DNA of 64,000 nt, from positions 8,391-72,390 of IMG/VR virus record IMGVR_UViG_3300035698_021020. The stretch is one strand, 5' to 3'. Origin of the DNA: a virus. Both the position numbers and the translations under genes were made by a program. Numbering within the stretch: the first letter of the stretch is position 1; the number at the start of each line of letters is the position of its first letter. Positions 49,587 to 59,338 of the stretch are shown one piece after another. The notes beneath the pieces are model-generated. The model was given only the letters and a program-made list of their open reading frames with translations. It made no database searches and had not been told where the DNA came from.

Positions 49587-50538
49587 AAAAATAACAAAAT
49601 TAGGTAGGGCAGGGGAAGTTTTTAACTTGCGTATTAAAACACAATCTGATGCAAATCATAATTATTTTGCAAATGGAATAAATGTAGCAAATTGTCATAA
49701 AAGTAGAGGAAATGTAATCAAGAAGGTAATAGAATACTGTATAAACTGGAGATATATGCTTGGTTTATCTGGAACAGTAAAGCTTGATGAAAAATACTCC
49801 GATTATTTCAGAATGCTTGAAACAATTGGTCCATTGGTTCTTACTTTATCTGCGAAGCACCTAATTGACAATCAGTATTCTCCAAATATCAAAATTAAGC
49901 AAATTAAGCTGGCTTATGATAAAGATAGTGAATATTTGAAGAAATATTGGGACTTGAAGGCAAATGGGGCTTCCATGTACTCAAATAAGCGAGATTTTGG
50001 AGGAGATATGTTCGAATTGGAAAAACAATTCCTTTATAATAATCCAGAACGACTATCTTTCATAAATGAACTAGTTAGGCGTCTAAATAAGAACACATTA
50101 GTCTTATTTTCGAATATCAAAGATGAATATGGCAAAAAGATATATGAAGAGATTTCAAAATGGAATAAGCATACCTTTTATATCGATGGTGAAGTAGATA
50201 ATGATCTTCGTGAACAATATAAGGCAATAATGGAAGCAGAAGACAATGTTGTCATCGTTGCTTCATTTGGGACGTTCTCAACCGGTATTGATATTAAGAA
50301 AGTGTATCACATTATCTTTGCTGAATCAACCAAAGCTGAAATAACCATTCGCCAATCGATAGGTAGAGGAATGAGAGCGTTTAAGAATAAATTAGCAACA
50401 TATATTTGGGACATCGTCGATATGCTTGATGGATATATGGTCAAGCACTCAAAGGCTCGACTTAAGATCTATAAAGAGCAGAAATTTGAAGTATCTAATA
50501 TGGATGTAGATCTAACGAAGTTCAATAAGCCTAATTGA
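49576..50538 (+). CDS. uvsW: split intein IntC (39 aa) fused to UvsW C-extein
   Basis: MKIKKITKLG..EVFNL..NHNYFANGINVAN|CH (junction 49692/49693); GLSGT, FGTFSTGIDI, QSIGRGMR. Confidence 0.92.
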   Translation: MKIKKITKLGRAGEVFNLRIKTQSDANHNYFANGINVANCHKSRGNVIKKVIEYCINWRYMLGLSGTVKLDEKYSDYFRMLETIGPLVLTLSAKHLIDNQYSPNIKIKQIKLAYDKDSEYLKKYWDLKANGASMYSNKRDFGGDMFELEKQFLYNNPERLSFINELVRRLNKNTLVLFSNIKDEYGKKIYEEISKWNKHTFYIDGEVDNDLREQYKAIMEAEDNVVIVASFGTFSTGIDIKKVYHIIFAESTKAEITIRQSIGRGMRAFKNKLATYIWDIVDMLDGYMVKHSKARLKIYKEQKFEVSNMDVDLTKFNKPN

Positions 50539-51300
50539 TTACTTAGACCCATTGAGCTGTTCACTACTCTCTATCTTCTCAAACATAGTTTCAATCTTCT
50601 TAATAATTGGGTGACGGACTATGTCCTTCTTCTGTAATTCAACACAAGCAATATCTTCAATATCATTAAAGTATTCAGTTAATATTTCAAGAGCACTCTT
50701 ATTTCGCTTATTAACTGACTTTTGCTTGATGTCTCCTAAAAATATCATCTTAGCTCCATATCCAATTCTAGTGATAAGAGTTCTGAGGTTGTCTTTTGAT
50801 ATCTGCTGAGCTTCATCAATTATGATTATTGAATTATCTAGTGTAACGCCTAATGCAAATTTAATAGGCAGAGTCTCAATTACTCCCATGTCTCTAAGAA
50901 TAGTAGTATTTGCTTTTCCAATTACTTTATGGAAATTACTGAAGAATGGATACATAAACATTTCCATCTTTTCTTGTAGTGTTCCTTTTAAGAATCCAAT
51001 TTCTTCATCTCTAGGTACATTTACAGATTTGATTAATATGATTTTCTTATATGTTCCAGGATCTTCTTTGATATATTTTAAAGCTCTTGCACAAGCTAAA
51101 TAAGTCTTTCCCGTCCCAGGTGGGCCTGTAATAATAGATATGATATTCTCATCTATTGCATTGACTACTGTTTTTTGAGCTACACTTTTACATTTGATAT
51201 TTATAGTAGAGGATAATGACTTTGATATAGTCGCTATATCTCGTTCTTCGGTCCAATCATCGAAATTTTCTTCACTTTGTAATCTGTGTACTTTTGCCAT
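50539..51300 (-). CDS. phoH: PhoH-like ATPase
   Basis: GPPGTGKT, IGFLKGTL.EK, IIDEAQ, LITRIG, GD..Q, IVRHP. Confidence 0.92.
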   Translation of the reverse strand: MAKVHRLQSEENFDDWTEERDIATISKSLSSTINIKCKSVAQKTVVNAIDENIISIITGPPGTGKTYLACARALKYIKEDPGTYKKIILIKSVNVPRDEEIGFLKGTLQEKMEMFMYPFFSNFHKVIGKANTTILRDMGVIETLPIKFALGVTLDNSIIIIDEAQQISKDNLRTLITRIGYGAKMIFLGDIKQKSVNKRNKSALEILTEYFNDIEDIACVELQKKDIVRHPIIKKIETMFEKIESSEQLNGSK

Positions 51301-51303
51301 GTG

Positions 51304-51921
51304 TTAGTATATTTTTGTTGCAATAACTATTCCTAGTATAATTCGAATATAGTTTAATCTAAAATTTAGGAAATATGTTATTGATTGTTCTTCTTTTTCT
51401 GATAAGCCTAATCCGATCATGTTCTCATAATTCAATTGTAATATTCCCAATGTTTGAGTAGTACTTAGCGCCACATCATTAATGATGAACATATCATATA
51501 AAATTGATTCGAATGGAGGATCATGTAATGGATCTGATTCAAGCTTATGTATAAAGTTTCTGCTTCTTTTTAAAGCGTCCAGCTTTAAACTTAACTCCTT
51601 TGACTTGAGCGCTTCGTCTAAATAATTTTTGACTGGAGTTAATTGAACTACTTTGTCTGCGGATTCTGTTAGTTCATATATATGGTCTAAATTAAATGCA
51701 ACCATTAATTTAAAAGTTCCATCTCGATAGAAGAAATTAATCTTCTCATTAGTACCAAATGAACCTAATGTTTTCAATAATATTTCAGATACTCCTATTT
51801 CAGAAAAATCTGTTCCTTCTACCTCTATTGCTATATTATATTCATTAAATGGAAATGCTTCCATGAATGGAAGTATATCATACAGCTCCTCGAGTTTATT
51901 AAGTGGGGTTTCATCACTCAT
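51304..51921 (-). CDS. hypothetical protein
   Basis: 205 aa; late-like promoter at 51941-51948. Confidence 0.6.
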   Translation of the reverse strand: MSDETPLNKLEELYDILPFMEAFPFNEYNIAIEVEGTDFSEIGVSEILLKTLGSFGTNEKINFFYRDGTFKLMVAFNLDHIYELTESADKVVQLTPVKNYLDEALKSKELSLKLDALKRSRNFIHKLESDPLHDPPFESILYDMFIINDVALSTTQTLGILQLNYENMIGLGLSEKEEQSITYFLNFRLNYIRIILGIVIATKIY

Positions 51922-51948
51922 TAACTTCTCTCTTTCTTATTATTTATT

Positions 51949-53028
51949 TCATAAACCAGCTATATGAGATCTAAAAATTGCTTTTAGTGCTCTAGTATTA
52001 TTACGCAATATTCGTAGATCGACAATTAAAGATGGGTCAAAATTACTACGACCAGTATATGTATTTGACTCTACTGCAAAACTATCATATGTATCTGCCC
52101 TCAATTCAAATCGTCCAAAATATTTTAGAGAGTCAGATGTTAAATTTAACGCTTCTAGATTTACCATACAGAGTTGAAGTATATCAGTTCGATTTGACGT
52201 TAAATTAATATTTTTCATATTAGTTGTTTTATCTACTTCTATTCGTATTAATTTCATTGAATGAGGTAATATTATATTATACATTATTGACTCATTTTCA
52301 AAATGATTGCTTATTTCCCAAGTATTTCCAAATTGTTCATTAGATTTTTCTGGATTTCCCTTAACTGTAAGAATAGGAATAATTAATTTACCGGAAGTAT
52401 TATTCTTATTAAGTTTTATAATTTGAGACTTGGCTTGAACTATGTCTCCCTTTTTTGTATACTTTAATTGAAGGGCAAGGTCTAACTTCTTCCAATTTAT
52501 TCCAGAAATACCTATATTATCTGCTGTCTTTTTGACTGTCACTAACATATCACTAAACGCAGTATTTTTAGATGCAACAGAAGCCGATGCTGCTTTACTT
52601 ATTAAAGTAGGACCATGTAAAACATATTTTTCATTAAGATATTTTAGCGCCTTTATTGCATAATCTTCAGATGAAATATCAGGATCACGCATTAACATTC
52701 TAGGTTCGCCTGCCCCAAGTAATCGCAAATAATTAGATTTTAGAAAAATAGTTGGTCTCATTCTGTCCATTGCACCCTTTGTAAATTCAAGAGTCCCATT
52801 TCCTAATTGAACTATTGTTGATCTAAGTGTGTATGATCCCTTCTTCAGAAACTTCTTCATTTCTGGAGTAGTCAGAACTGCATATAGCCACTCTGTTTCT
52901 GGATTCTTAGCCATTTCTTTTAACCAACCTGGAGTACCAATTGTTCTAGATGTCTTTCGTAGTGCTGCTCTAATGTCAGGTTTCGGTATATCCTCATATG
53001 ATTCAAAAAGAGAATTTGTACTTTTCAT
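51949..53028 (-). CDS. hypothetical protein
   Basis: 359 aa; late-like promoter at 53034-53041; N-terminal SLFE. Confidence 0.6.
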   Translation of the reverse strand: MKSTNSLFESYEDIPKPDIRAALRKTSRTIGTPGWLKEMAKNPETEWLYAVLTTPEMKKFLKKGSYTLRSTIVQLGNGTLEFTKGAMDRMRPTIFLKSNYLRLLGAGEPRMLMRDPDISSEDYAIKALKYLNEKYVLHGPTLISKAASASVASKNTAFSDMLVTVKKTADNIGISGINWKKLDLALQLKYTKKGDIVQAKSQIIKLNKNNTSGKLIIPILTVKGNPEKSNEQFGNTWEISNHFENESIMYNIILPHSMKLIRIEVDKTTNMKNINLTSNRTDILQLCMVNLEALNLTSDSLKYFGRFELRADTYDSFAVESNTYTGRSNFDPSLIVDLRILRNNTRALKAIFRSHIAGL

Positions 53029-53053
53029 ACTCTTATTTATTTAGTATTGTAGT

Positions 53054-53081
53054 AAACTTACGAACTAGTCGTTAGTATAAG
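53054..53081 (+). promoter_or_regulatory. putative promoter AAAC-N17-GTATAAG
   Basis: Recurrent motif ending 5 nt before the polymerase ATG. Confidence 0.6.
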
Positions 53082-53086
53082 ATCGT

Positions 53087-54526
53087 ATGGAAGACAATTC
53101 TAAACTACTTAAGAAGCTCGATCTAAAGCAAAATGCGATCAAGCTTCTTATCAACTCTATTTATGGCGCATTTGGAAACAAGTGGTTCTACTTTTTCAAT
53201 AGAGACATAGCTCAATCAATTACTTTACAAGGACAAGATTTAATTAAATTCAGTATTAAAGCTGCTAATCATTATTTCTACAATAAGTGGCACCTCGATA
53301 CTGAAGTTCATAAGTTATTAGGTATAGACCATTACAAAATCAATAAAATTGATTATGATGCATCGATTTATAGTGATACAGATTCAGTATATGTTCAATT
53401 TGATTCTGCTATTGCTTCAATAGAAGGATTTGACTATACTGATATTGAAAAAGGTCTTGAAATATGTATTGCTCTAGATAGATATCGAATAGCTCAGTAT
53501 TTTACTGATTGCTTTGATAAGTACAGCAAATTATTCAACACAAAAAACCGTCTTAATCTTGAATTAGAGAATTTATCAGAATCTGGAATATGGTTAGCCA
53601 AAAAGAATTATGCAATTAAAGTTGCATATGAACCTAATGCAAACTTTGCAGTATTGCCTCCAAAGGACAGATATATGATAATTAAAGGATTGGAACCAGT
53701 TAAGAGTTCATATCCAACTTGGGCTAGAACGAAATTAAAGGAACTAACTGAATATATGGTGAAAATGGGTAAAACCCTTAATATTGAGGAGGACCTTATG
53801 CCTAAACTCAAGGAACTTGAAGAAGAATTTCAAAATGTTCCTCACCATGAAGCATCATTCAATTTCAAAATTCGAGTTTACAATAAGTATATTGAGAGTG
53901 AAAAAGAGCTTCGACTACTGAAGGGTATTCCAATATATTCTAGAGCGGCAGCTTATTACAATCACAGATTACTTCAAACTGGTTTAAATAAGAAATATAG
54001 CTTACTTCGTGAAGGTGATAAAATCAAGTATTATTTTTGTGAACAAAATGAAAATGATTTTGAGATCTTTGCGTATCATCCAAGTAAATTTCCAGACGAA
54101 ATAGTTCCTCCATTGGATCGTACGAAGCAATTCTTTGCATTGATTGTGGAACCAATGAATAGAATATTAACAGCTATGAGAATGAGTTCACTAGATGAAG
54201 ATCTAAAACGAGCTGTTCCATATGTGAATACTAAAACTAAGAAGGTATTAACTGATGCTGATTTGTTTCCACTTTACATCATCAATATAGAATCCTTAGA
54301 ATATGTAGAAGTACCTGAGAAATTCTGGAAAATTATTGGAAATCCTAATGTCGAAGTTCCTGATGAATATTATGAAGAATATCTTTCAGTCATCACTAAA
54401 TATGGTTTAAATTCCGCAATAGTCACTAAAATCGAACTTCCAAAATACCTTAAGCGGCTTGAACGTAAAGCTGAGCGTCTTGCTAAAAAAGAAGAAGAAG
54501 CTAAGTTAGCATTACAAAATGGATAA
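53087..54526 (+). CDS. gp43: family B DNA polymerase, C-terminal subunit only (split gp43)
   Basis: Motif B KLLINSIYG at residues 19-27, motif C YSDTDS, KKNY, KGLE; no exonuclease domain or motif A. Confidence 0.88.
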   Translation: MEDNSKLLKKLDLKQNAIKLLINSIYGAFGNKWFYFFNRDIAQSITLQGQDLIKFSIKAANHYFYNKWHLDTEVHKLLGIDHYKINKIDYDASIYSDTDSVYVQFDSAIASIEGFDYTDIEKGLEICIALDRYRIAQYFTDCFDKYSKLFNTKNRLNLELENLSESGIWLAKKNYAIKVAYEPNANFAVLPPKDRYMIIKGLEPVKSSYPTWARTKLKELTEYMVKMGKTLNIEEDLMPKLKELEEEFQNVPHHEASFNFKIRVYNKYIESEKELRLLKGIPIYSRAAAYYNHRLLQTGLNKKYSLLREGDKIKYYFCEQNENDFEIFAYHPSKFPDEIVPPLDRTKQFFALIVEPMNRILTAMRMSSLDEDLKRAVPYVNTKTKKVLTDADLFPLYIINIESLEYVEVPEKFWKIIGNPNVEVPDEYYEEYLSVITKYGLNSAIVTKIELPKYLKRLERKAERLAKKEEEAKLALQNG

Positions 54527-55652
54527 CAAATATTCTATAAAGGAATATTGCCAAGACATATTAATTAAGCGATTTCCTGGAGATAAGTATCGACAACAGA
54601 TAAACGATACTAATCCAATTAAGCTTATTTTCGCATGTCCATTTTGTGGAGATTCTCTCAAAGATGCATCAAAAAAAAGAGGAAATCTACACTTAGATAC
54701 ACAAACATACAAGTGCTATAATGATGGCTGTATGATATGGATGCCATTTTCCGACTTCGTATCTAAATTCACTCCAAAATACAAGCTTAAAATACCCGAC
54801 ATTCGGGAGACTACTCTTAAATTTGATATTAGCAAGTCTAGGCATAAGCGCGGATTTATTATTGAGTTCTTATTAAATACTGAAGCGAATCGTCATCTTC
54901 TATCATTTTCTGAAATAGTTCAGAAATTCTCATTGACTCCATGTAAGGATGCAGATCCAGAAAGTAGAGTAGGTTTATATGTCAGAAAAAGGAACTTAAT
55001 TGGGCTTCCGATGTTCAATAAGACTTGTTATTTCGACTCAAGTCAGAATAAAATATACTTGTTCAACATTGACCTTAAATCAGATAAGTTAATTGGTTTT
55101 GCTTTACGTAAAATCAATGATGATGCTCCTGGTCTGCGCTACAATATAAAAGACTACAAAGACTTTAAAGAAACTGGATTAGCTAAGGGGCTCTCAGATG
55201 ATTATATCAATGAGATAATTCAAATCAATAATTACTATAACGTTCTTAACTTAAATTTCACAGAGGACATTACTGTAACTGAGGGACAGATTGATGCTAT
55301 GTTTATACGAAACTGCGTCGCTACTACTGGTGTTACTAAATCTAAGAATATTCTTGAAACTCTTACCACTAAGCGAAAAACAAGAGTTTTGTTTGATAAT
55401 GATGGTGCAGGACTAAAAGAATCAATTGAACTACTTAGAAAAGGATATCGAGTTTTCCTATGGGCTAAGGTAATAGCTGGTCTTAAGAAAAAGTACTCAA
55501 AGGATATTTACACCATTCGAACAAAAATAAAAGACATAAACGATCTATACTCATTCCTAAAGTCTCATGATGCTGACTTGGATTATGAGAAATTCAATAT
55601 CTTTATCGACTCATACTTCTCTGATTCTATTTTCGATCTTCTTTCTCTTTGA
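54519..55652 (+). CDS. gp61: DNA primase (T4 gp61-like)
   Basis: CPFCGDS..KKRG...YKCYNDGC zinc finger; TOPRIM TEGQIDAMF, FDNDGAG, KDIND. Confidence 0.9.
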   Translation: MDNKYSIKEYCQDILIKRFPGDKYRQQINDTNPIKLIFACPFCGDSLKDASKKRGNLHLDTQTYKCYNDGCMIWMPFSDFVSKFTPKYKLKIPDIRETTLKFDISKSRHKRGFIIEFLLNTEANRHLLSFSEIVQKFSLTPCKDADPESRVGLYVRKRNLIGLPMFNKTCYFDSSQNKIYLFNIDLKSDKLIGFALRKINDDAPGLRYNIKDYKDFKETGLAKGLSDDYINEIIQINNYYNVLNLNFTEDITVTEGQIDAMFIRNCVATTGVTKSKNILETLTTKRKTRVLFDNDGAGLKESIELLRKGYRVFLWAKVIAGLKKKYSKDIYTIRTKIKDINDLYSFLKSHDADLDYEKFNIFIDSYFSDSIFDLLSL

Positions 55653-55675
55653 TAAATAACAAAAAGAGATCGGTA

Positions 55676-55993
55676 ATGAGTTATAAAGTCATGTCATTCA
55701 AAATGTACAAGTTAAATGAGCAAGCTGAAGAGCGAGGCGAAGAACTAAACGTTGAAGAATCAATAATTGGTGATTTAGTTGAATTAGTAGGATCAGAAGC
55801 TGATGTTGAAGAAGCTGCTGAAGCTGCCTTTGATGATTTAAGTGCATCTTTTGAGTCTGGAGAGATAGAAGTAGGAGAAGGCGATGTACCAGAAAATCTA
55901 GCAGTATCTGCATTAGTTTTAAAGTTAGTAGAACTTGGAAAACTCGGTCCAGATGAAGCTGATGCGTTTATTACAGCATCTGTAAAAGCCTAA
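55676..55993 (+). CDS. acidic small protein with capsid-targeting-like N-terminus
   Basis: MSYKVMSFKMYKLNEQ after late promoter 55651-55658. Confidence 0.6.
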   Translation: MSYKVMSFKMYKLNEQAEERGEELNVEESIIGDLVELVGSEADVEEAAEAAFDDLSASFESGEIEVGEGDVPENLAVSALVLKLVELGKLGPDEADAFITASVKA

Positions 55994-56001
55994 CTTCCAT
56001 T

Positions 56002-56502
56002 TTGGCAAAAGCGAGGCAAATACAGCAGTTTCTTAAGCCTCAGCGAGGTAGAGTCCGCCAGGGTTACTTTACACCAATTAATCCAGAAAAATATAAAGGA
56101 GACTCATCAAATATCATATATCGATCAAGTTGGGAACTTAAGTTTCTACAATATTGTGATAATAATGATAAAGTATTAGAATATGTCGCTGAGCCAGTCG
56201 GAATACCATATTTTAACCCACTAAATAAGAAAACGAGTACATATTGGATAGACTGCTATATGAAAACTATCAATAGTGACGGTTCTAATACAGAATGGCT
56301 AATAGAAGTTAAACCAAACAAGTACTTAACTCCACCTAAGGAACCGCAAAGACTTACTGAGAAACAATTAAGAGCTTATGTTAAATATGCTAAAGCCTAT
56401 GCAGTCAACACTGCTAAGTTCGCTGCAGCTAGAGTATATGCACATGAACATAGAATGAGATTCGGAATTATAACTGAAAACTTTCTGTTTAATAAAGTGT
56501 AA
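56002..56502 (+). CDS. gp4: head completion nuclease (T4 gp4-like, TnsA-N fold)
   Basis: P.NPEKYKGD..NIIYRSSWE, IPY, Y..D, IEVKP, N.AK..AA, IITE. Confidence 0.85.
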   Translation: MAKARQIQQFLKPQRGRVRQGYFTPINPEKYKGDSSNIIYRSSWELKFLQYCDNNDKVLEYVAEPVGIPYFNPLNKKTSTYWIDCYMKTINSDGSNTEWLIEVKPNKYLTPPKEPQRLTEKQLRAYVKYAKAYAVNTAKFAAARVYAHEHRMRFGIITENFLFNKV

Positions 56503-56508
56503 GAGATC

Positions 56509-57186
56509 TTGATTTTGAAACGATTCGAAGACATACCCAAAAATTATGGTAAATTAAGCTTTTCTGAAGTAGCAAATGAGTATGGAGTTGATGTTAATGT
56601 TGGCTCATTTACTCCTGGAAGATTCTATAGTTTAAAAATAGAACCTACTTCTCCAGACTTAAATGAAGGTATAGTTTTAGAACTTAATAATGGTAGACCA
56701 TATTATGATGTGAATCCTACTGGATTAGTTTTATACCACGAAAGATGGCAAGAAACTACTTTGATTTTAAATCTTAGAGTCATACCTCCAAGAATAGCAG
56801 ATGGATTATTACATGGTTATTATAATTTTGCTTCTAAGAACGGATTAGAAAATCTATATAACAACAAAATCGAAAAACCTACCAACGAGAATAAATTAAA
56901 GGTTGCTAGACGATATCAAGAAATTAAACCATTAAATGAACGTCTGATGATAAATCAACGATTTTATATGGTAACTGCGTCCGCATTAGCAGATATGTTA
57001 AGAATACATACATTAGATTATGCGATAAATAAATACAATACTGATTCTATTAGAGAAGCTAAGCTTATTGATTGGGACAATTTTGGAATGCTCGTTAACC
57101 CACGAATATCACCAAAAGGATTTTTTCCAACTCCATTCAATATTATGCGAGTCTATGAAGAATTCATTGAAAAATCATTAGAATAA
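56509..57186 (+). CDS. DNA end protector (T4 gp2-like)
   Basis: PGRFYS, PYYD.NP, LNL..IPP, AINKY; adjacent to gp4. Confidence 0.55.
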   Translation: MILKRFEDIPKNYGKLSFSEVANEYGVDVNVGSFTPGRFYSLKIEPTSPDLNEGIVLELNNGRPYYDVNPTGLVLYHERWQETTLILNLRVIPPRIADGLLHGYYNFASKNGLENLYNNKIEKPTNENKLKVARRYQEIKPLNERLMINQRFYMVTASALADMLRIHTLDYAINKYNTDSIREAKLIDWDNFGMLVNPRISPKGFFPTPFNIMRVYEEFIEKSLE

Positions 57187-57187
57187 T

Positions 57188-58948
57188 ATGGCAGGTTTCC
57201 TAAACACTTTCAATTCTAGAGCAGGCTCAAAACTAGCCAATCTTAGTAAATTTGGAACTAGACACGAAGATCTTCTGTTGAAGAACTCACAAGCAATTGG
57301 TTTCATTGAGAGTCAATTAGCTGCAAGATCAAATAGAATGAATAGTCAAGATGATCTCTTGCGTTATTCAATGGCTATTGCAGATACAACTTCTCAACTG
57401 AGAACTAAAGCAATCGCATTCTTCCAATTAGATTATGCAGTAAAGCGAGAAAGATTAAGAGATGTTGCCTCAAATGGTGAGATAGAATTTATCCTTGAAA
57501 CAATCGTAGATGATATGATTGTGTATGATAATGAAAATCAGTTTGCTTATTCACGAGATCTTACAGGTAAAATGCTTTATCGTGGAGATAATAAGAAAGA
57601 ACGTCTTAATTTCCAAGAAAAAGTAGTAACTGCATATACTGAGACCTTTGAAAAGATATACACTGCATGGGGATTCAACGAAAGTATAACAGCATGGCAA
57701 TATGCTTTCCAGTTCTTAATAGAAGGTCACCTTGCTTTTGAAATTATATATGACGACTTAGAAAATCCTAAGACGATTATCGGTTTCAAAGAAGTAGATC
57801 CTGCAAGTATTGCACCTCAACTTCAAAAAGATACTAAAGGTAAGCTGTTCCTTCAGTGGGTACAATATGATCAAGGTTCTGGAGAAACTCGTACATTAAA
57901 TGATTCACAGATAATTTATATCTCATTCGCTAATCACTTTAGAACTAAACGAGTTTCGTTCGTTGAACGACTAATTAGATCATTTAATCTTCTTAGAATC
58001 ATTGAACACAGTAAAGTTATTTGGCATGTTATGAATGCGCCAATTAGACTGGCAACAACTGTTCCAGTTGGTTCTAAATCACTTCAAAAATCTCAAGAAG
58101 ATGTTCGAGAATTTATGAACCTTCTTAAAGAGGATATTTACTTTAATGGAGATACTGGAGAATTGAATGTTGAAGGTAAACCTAATGTTCTTTACTATAA
58201 GAACTATGTATTGCCTGTAAATGATCAGAATCAACAAGTAAAGATCGAAGCTCTTTCATATCCTGGTCCAAATTTATCAAGTTCAGAACTTCTGAACTAC
58301 TTCTATAAAAAACTGAAAATGGACTCGAAGATACCTTATTCACGTTGGGAAGGCCAAAGTGGAATGGGTGCCTTTACTCTTAATGCTGAAGGTATTACAA
58401 GAGAGGAAGTTCGATATCAGAAATTTATAAACAGACTAAGATCTGCATTTTCTGAGTTATTAACTAAGCCATGGTATCTACAAATGTGCTTAGACTTTCC
58501 AGAACTAGCAAAAGATCACAAGTTCAAGAGAGCAATCGGTATCGATTATCATAATGATAATGTCTTCGAAGAAATGAAGCAGAGTGAGATCGAAGCTAAA
58601 CGTATTGCTTCTTATATTGCTAAGAAAGGAATTATGCGAGATGATGGTACTCCATATTACTCTACTGAATACTTAATTCGTAAATCGCTTAAGATGAATG
58701 AAGCTGAGATTGAAGCTAACCAAAAATGGATAGATCAAGAGAAGAATATGGCTGAAGATCAAGAATTACCAGATGCTCCAGAATTTGGAGCAGCCGCTCC
58801 ACCAGCAGATGGTGGAGGAGGTATGGCTGGAGGCGGAGCAGCACCTCCGCCAGCTGGAGGAGAAGAAGGAGCAGCCGCACCTGAAGGTGGAAGTGGAGAA
58901 GAAATGGGAGGAGAAGGTTCTGAATCTTCAGGAGAAGGTCAAACTTAA
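57188..58948 (+). CDS. gp20: portal protein (T4 gp20-like)
   Basis: F.IEG, IW..MNAP, YFYKKL..S.IPYSR, ITREEVRYQKFINRLRS.F; acidic G/A/E-rich tail. Confidence 0.88.
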   Translation: MAGFLNTFNSRAGSKLANLSKFGTRHEDLLLKNSQAIGFIESQLAARSNRMNSQDDLLRYSMAIADTTSQLRTKAIAFFQLDYAVKRERLRDVASNGEIEFILETIVDDMIVYDNENQFAYSRDLTGKMLYRGDNKKERLNFQEKVVTAYTETFEKIYTAWGFNESITAWQYAFQFLIEGHLAFEIIYDDLENPKTIIGFKEVDPASIAPQLQKDTKGKLFLQWVQYDQGSGETRTLNDSQIIYISFANHFRTKRVSFVERLIRSFNLLRIIEHSKVIWHVMNAPIRLATTVPVGSKSLQKSQEDVREFMNLLKEDIYFNGDTGELNVEGKPNVLYYKNYVLPVNDQNQQVKIEALSYPGPNLSSSELLNYFYKKLKMDSKIPYSRWEGQSGMGAFTLNAEGITREEVRYQKFINRLRSAFSELLTKPWYLQMCLDFPELAKDHKFKRAIGIDYHNDNVFEEMKQSEIEAKRIASYIAKKGIMRDDGTPYYSTEYLIRKSLKMNEAEIEANQKWIDQEKNMAEDQELPDAPEFGAAAPPADGGGGMAGGGAAPPPAGGEEGAAAPEGGSGEEMGGEGSESSGEGQT

Positions 58949-59322
58949 TCGTAGAAAATAGAAATAGTATTATTAATGTCTGGAATGTCGACTAGGAGAA
59001 CAAAAATCTCTCTAGTTGAGTTCCAGTCTGGGTAAGAAGCTGGTCTAACAGTCACTGCTCTTTTTCTAGTTTCACCAACATATTTATGTAACTGTGAGGA
59101 TGCATCTTTAGTAATAGCATGTGGATCTATATCAAACTCAAACAAATATTTTTCTACATCCATTCCAAAATCAGGTTCACCTAGAACCTCACCTTTTCTT
59201 GTAAATAAAGTCATTCGTATTTGTTGCAACATAGATTCAGTTGCATCATATACTTCATACTGATTCGCTCGATAAGCAGGATCGTCGTCTCGTCTTATAT
59301 AAAAGTCTCTTAGATTTGCCAT
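58945..59322 (-). CDS. gp25: baseplate wedge subunit (gp25-like)
   Basis: LFTRKGEVLGEPDFG...YLFE. Confidence 0.82.
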   Translation of the reverse strand: MANLRDFYIRRDDDPAYRANQYEVYDATESMLQQIRMTLFTRKGEVLGEPDFGMDVEKYLFEFDIDPHAITKDASSQLHKYVGETRKRAVTVRPASYPDWNSTREIFVLLVDIPDINNTISIFYD

Positions 59323-59338
59323 TATTAGATTTATTTAT

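Noticed and set aside
56002-56502. TnsA-like nuclease as a Tn7 transposon or homing endonuclease
   Set aside because: Motifs and context (next to gp2-like and portal genes) match the T4 gp4 head completion protein; no TnsB/TnsC or transposon ends
58780-58945. GC-richer GGA/GCA-rich stretch at the end of the portal gene
   Set aside because: Encodes a low-complexity Gly/Ala/Pro/Glu tail; not a separate repeat element
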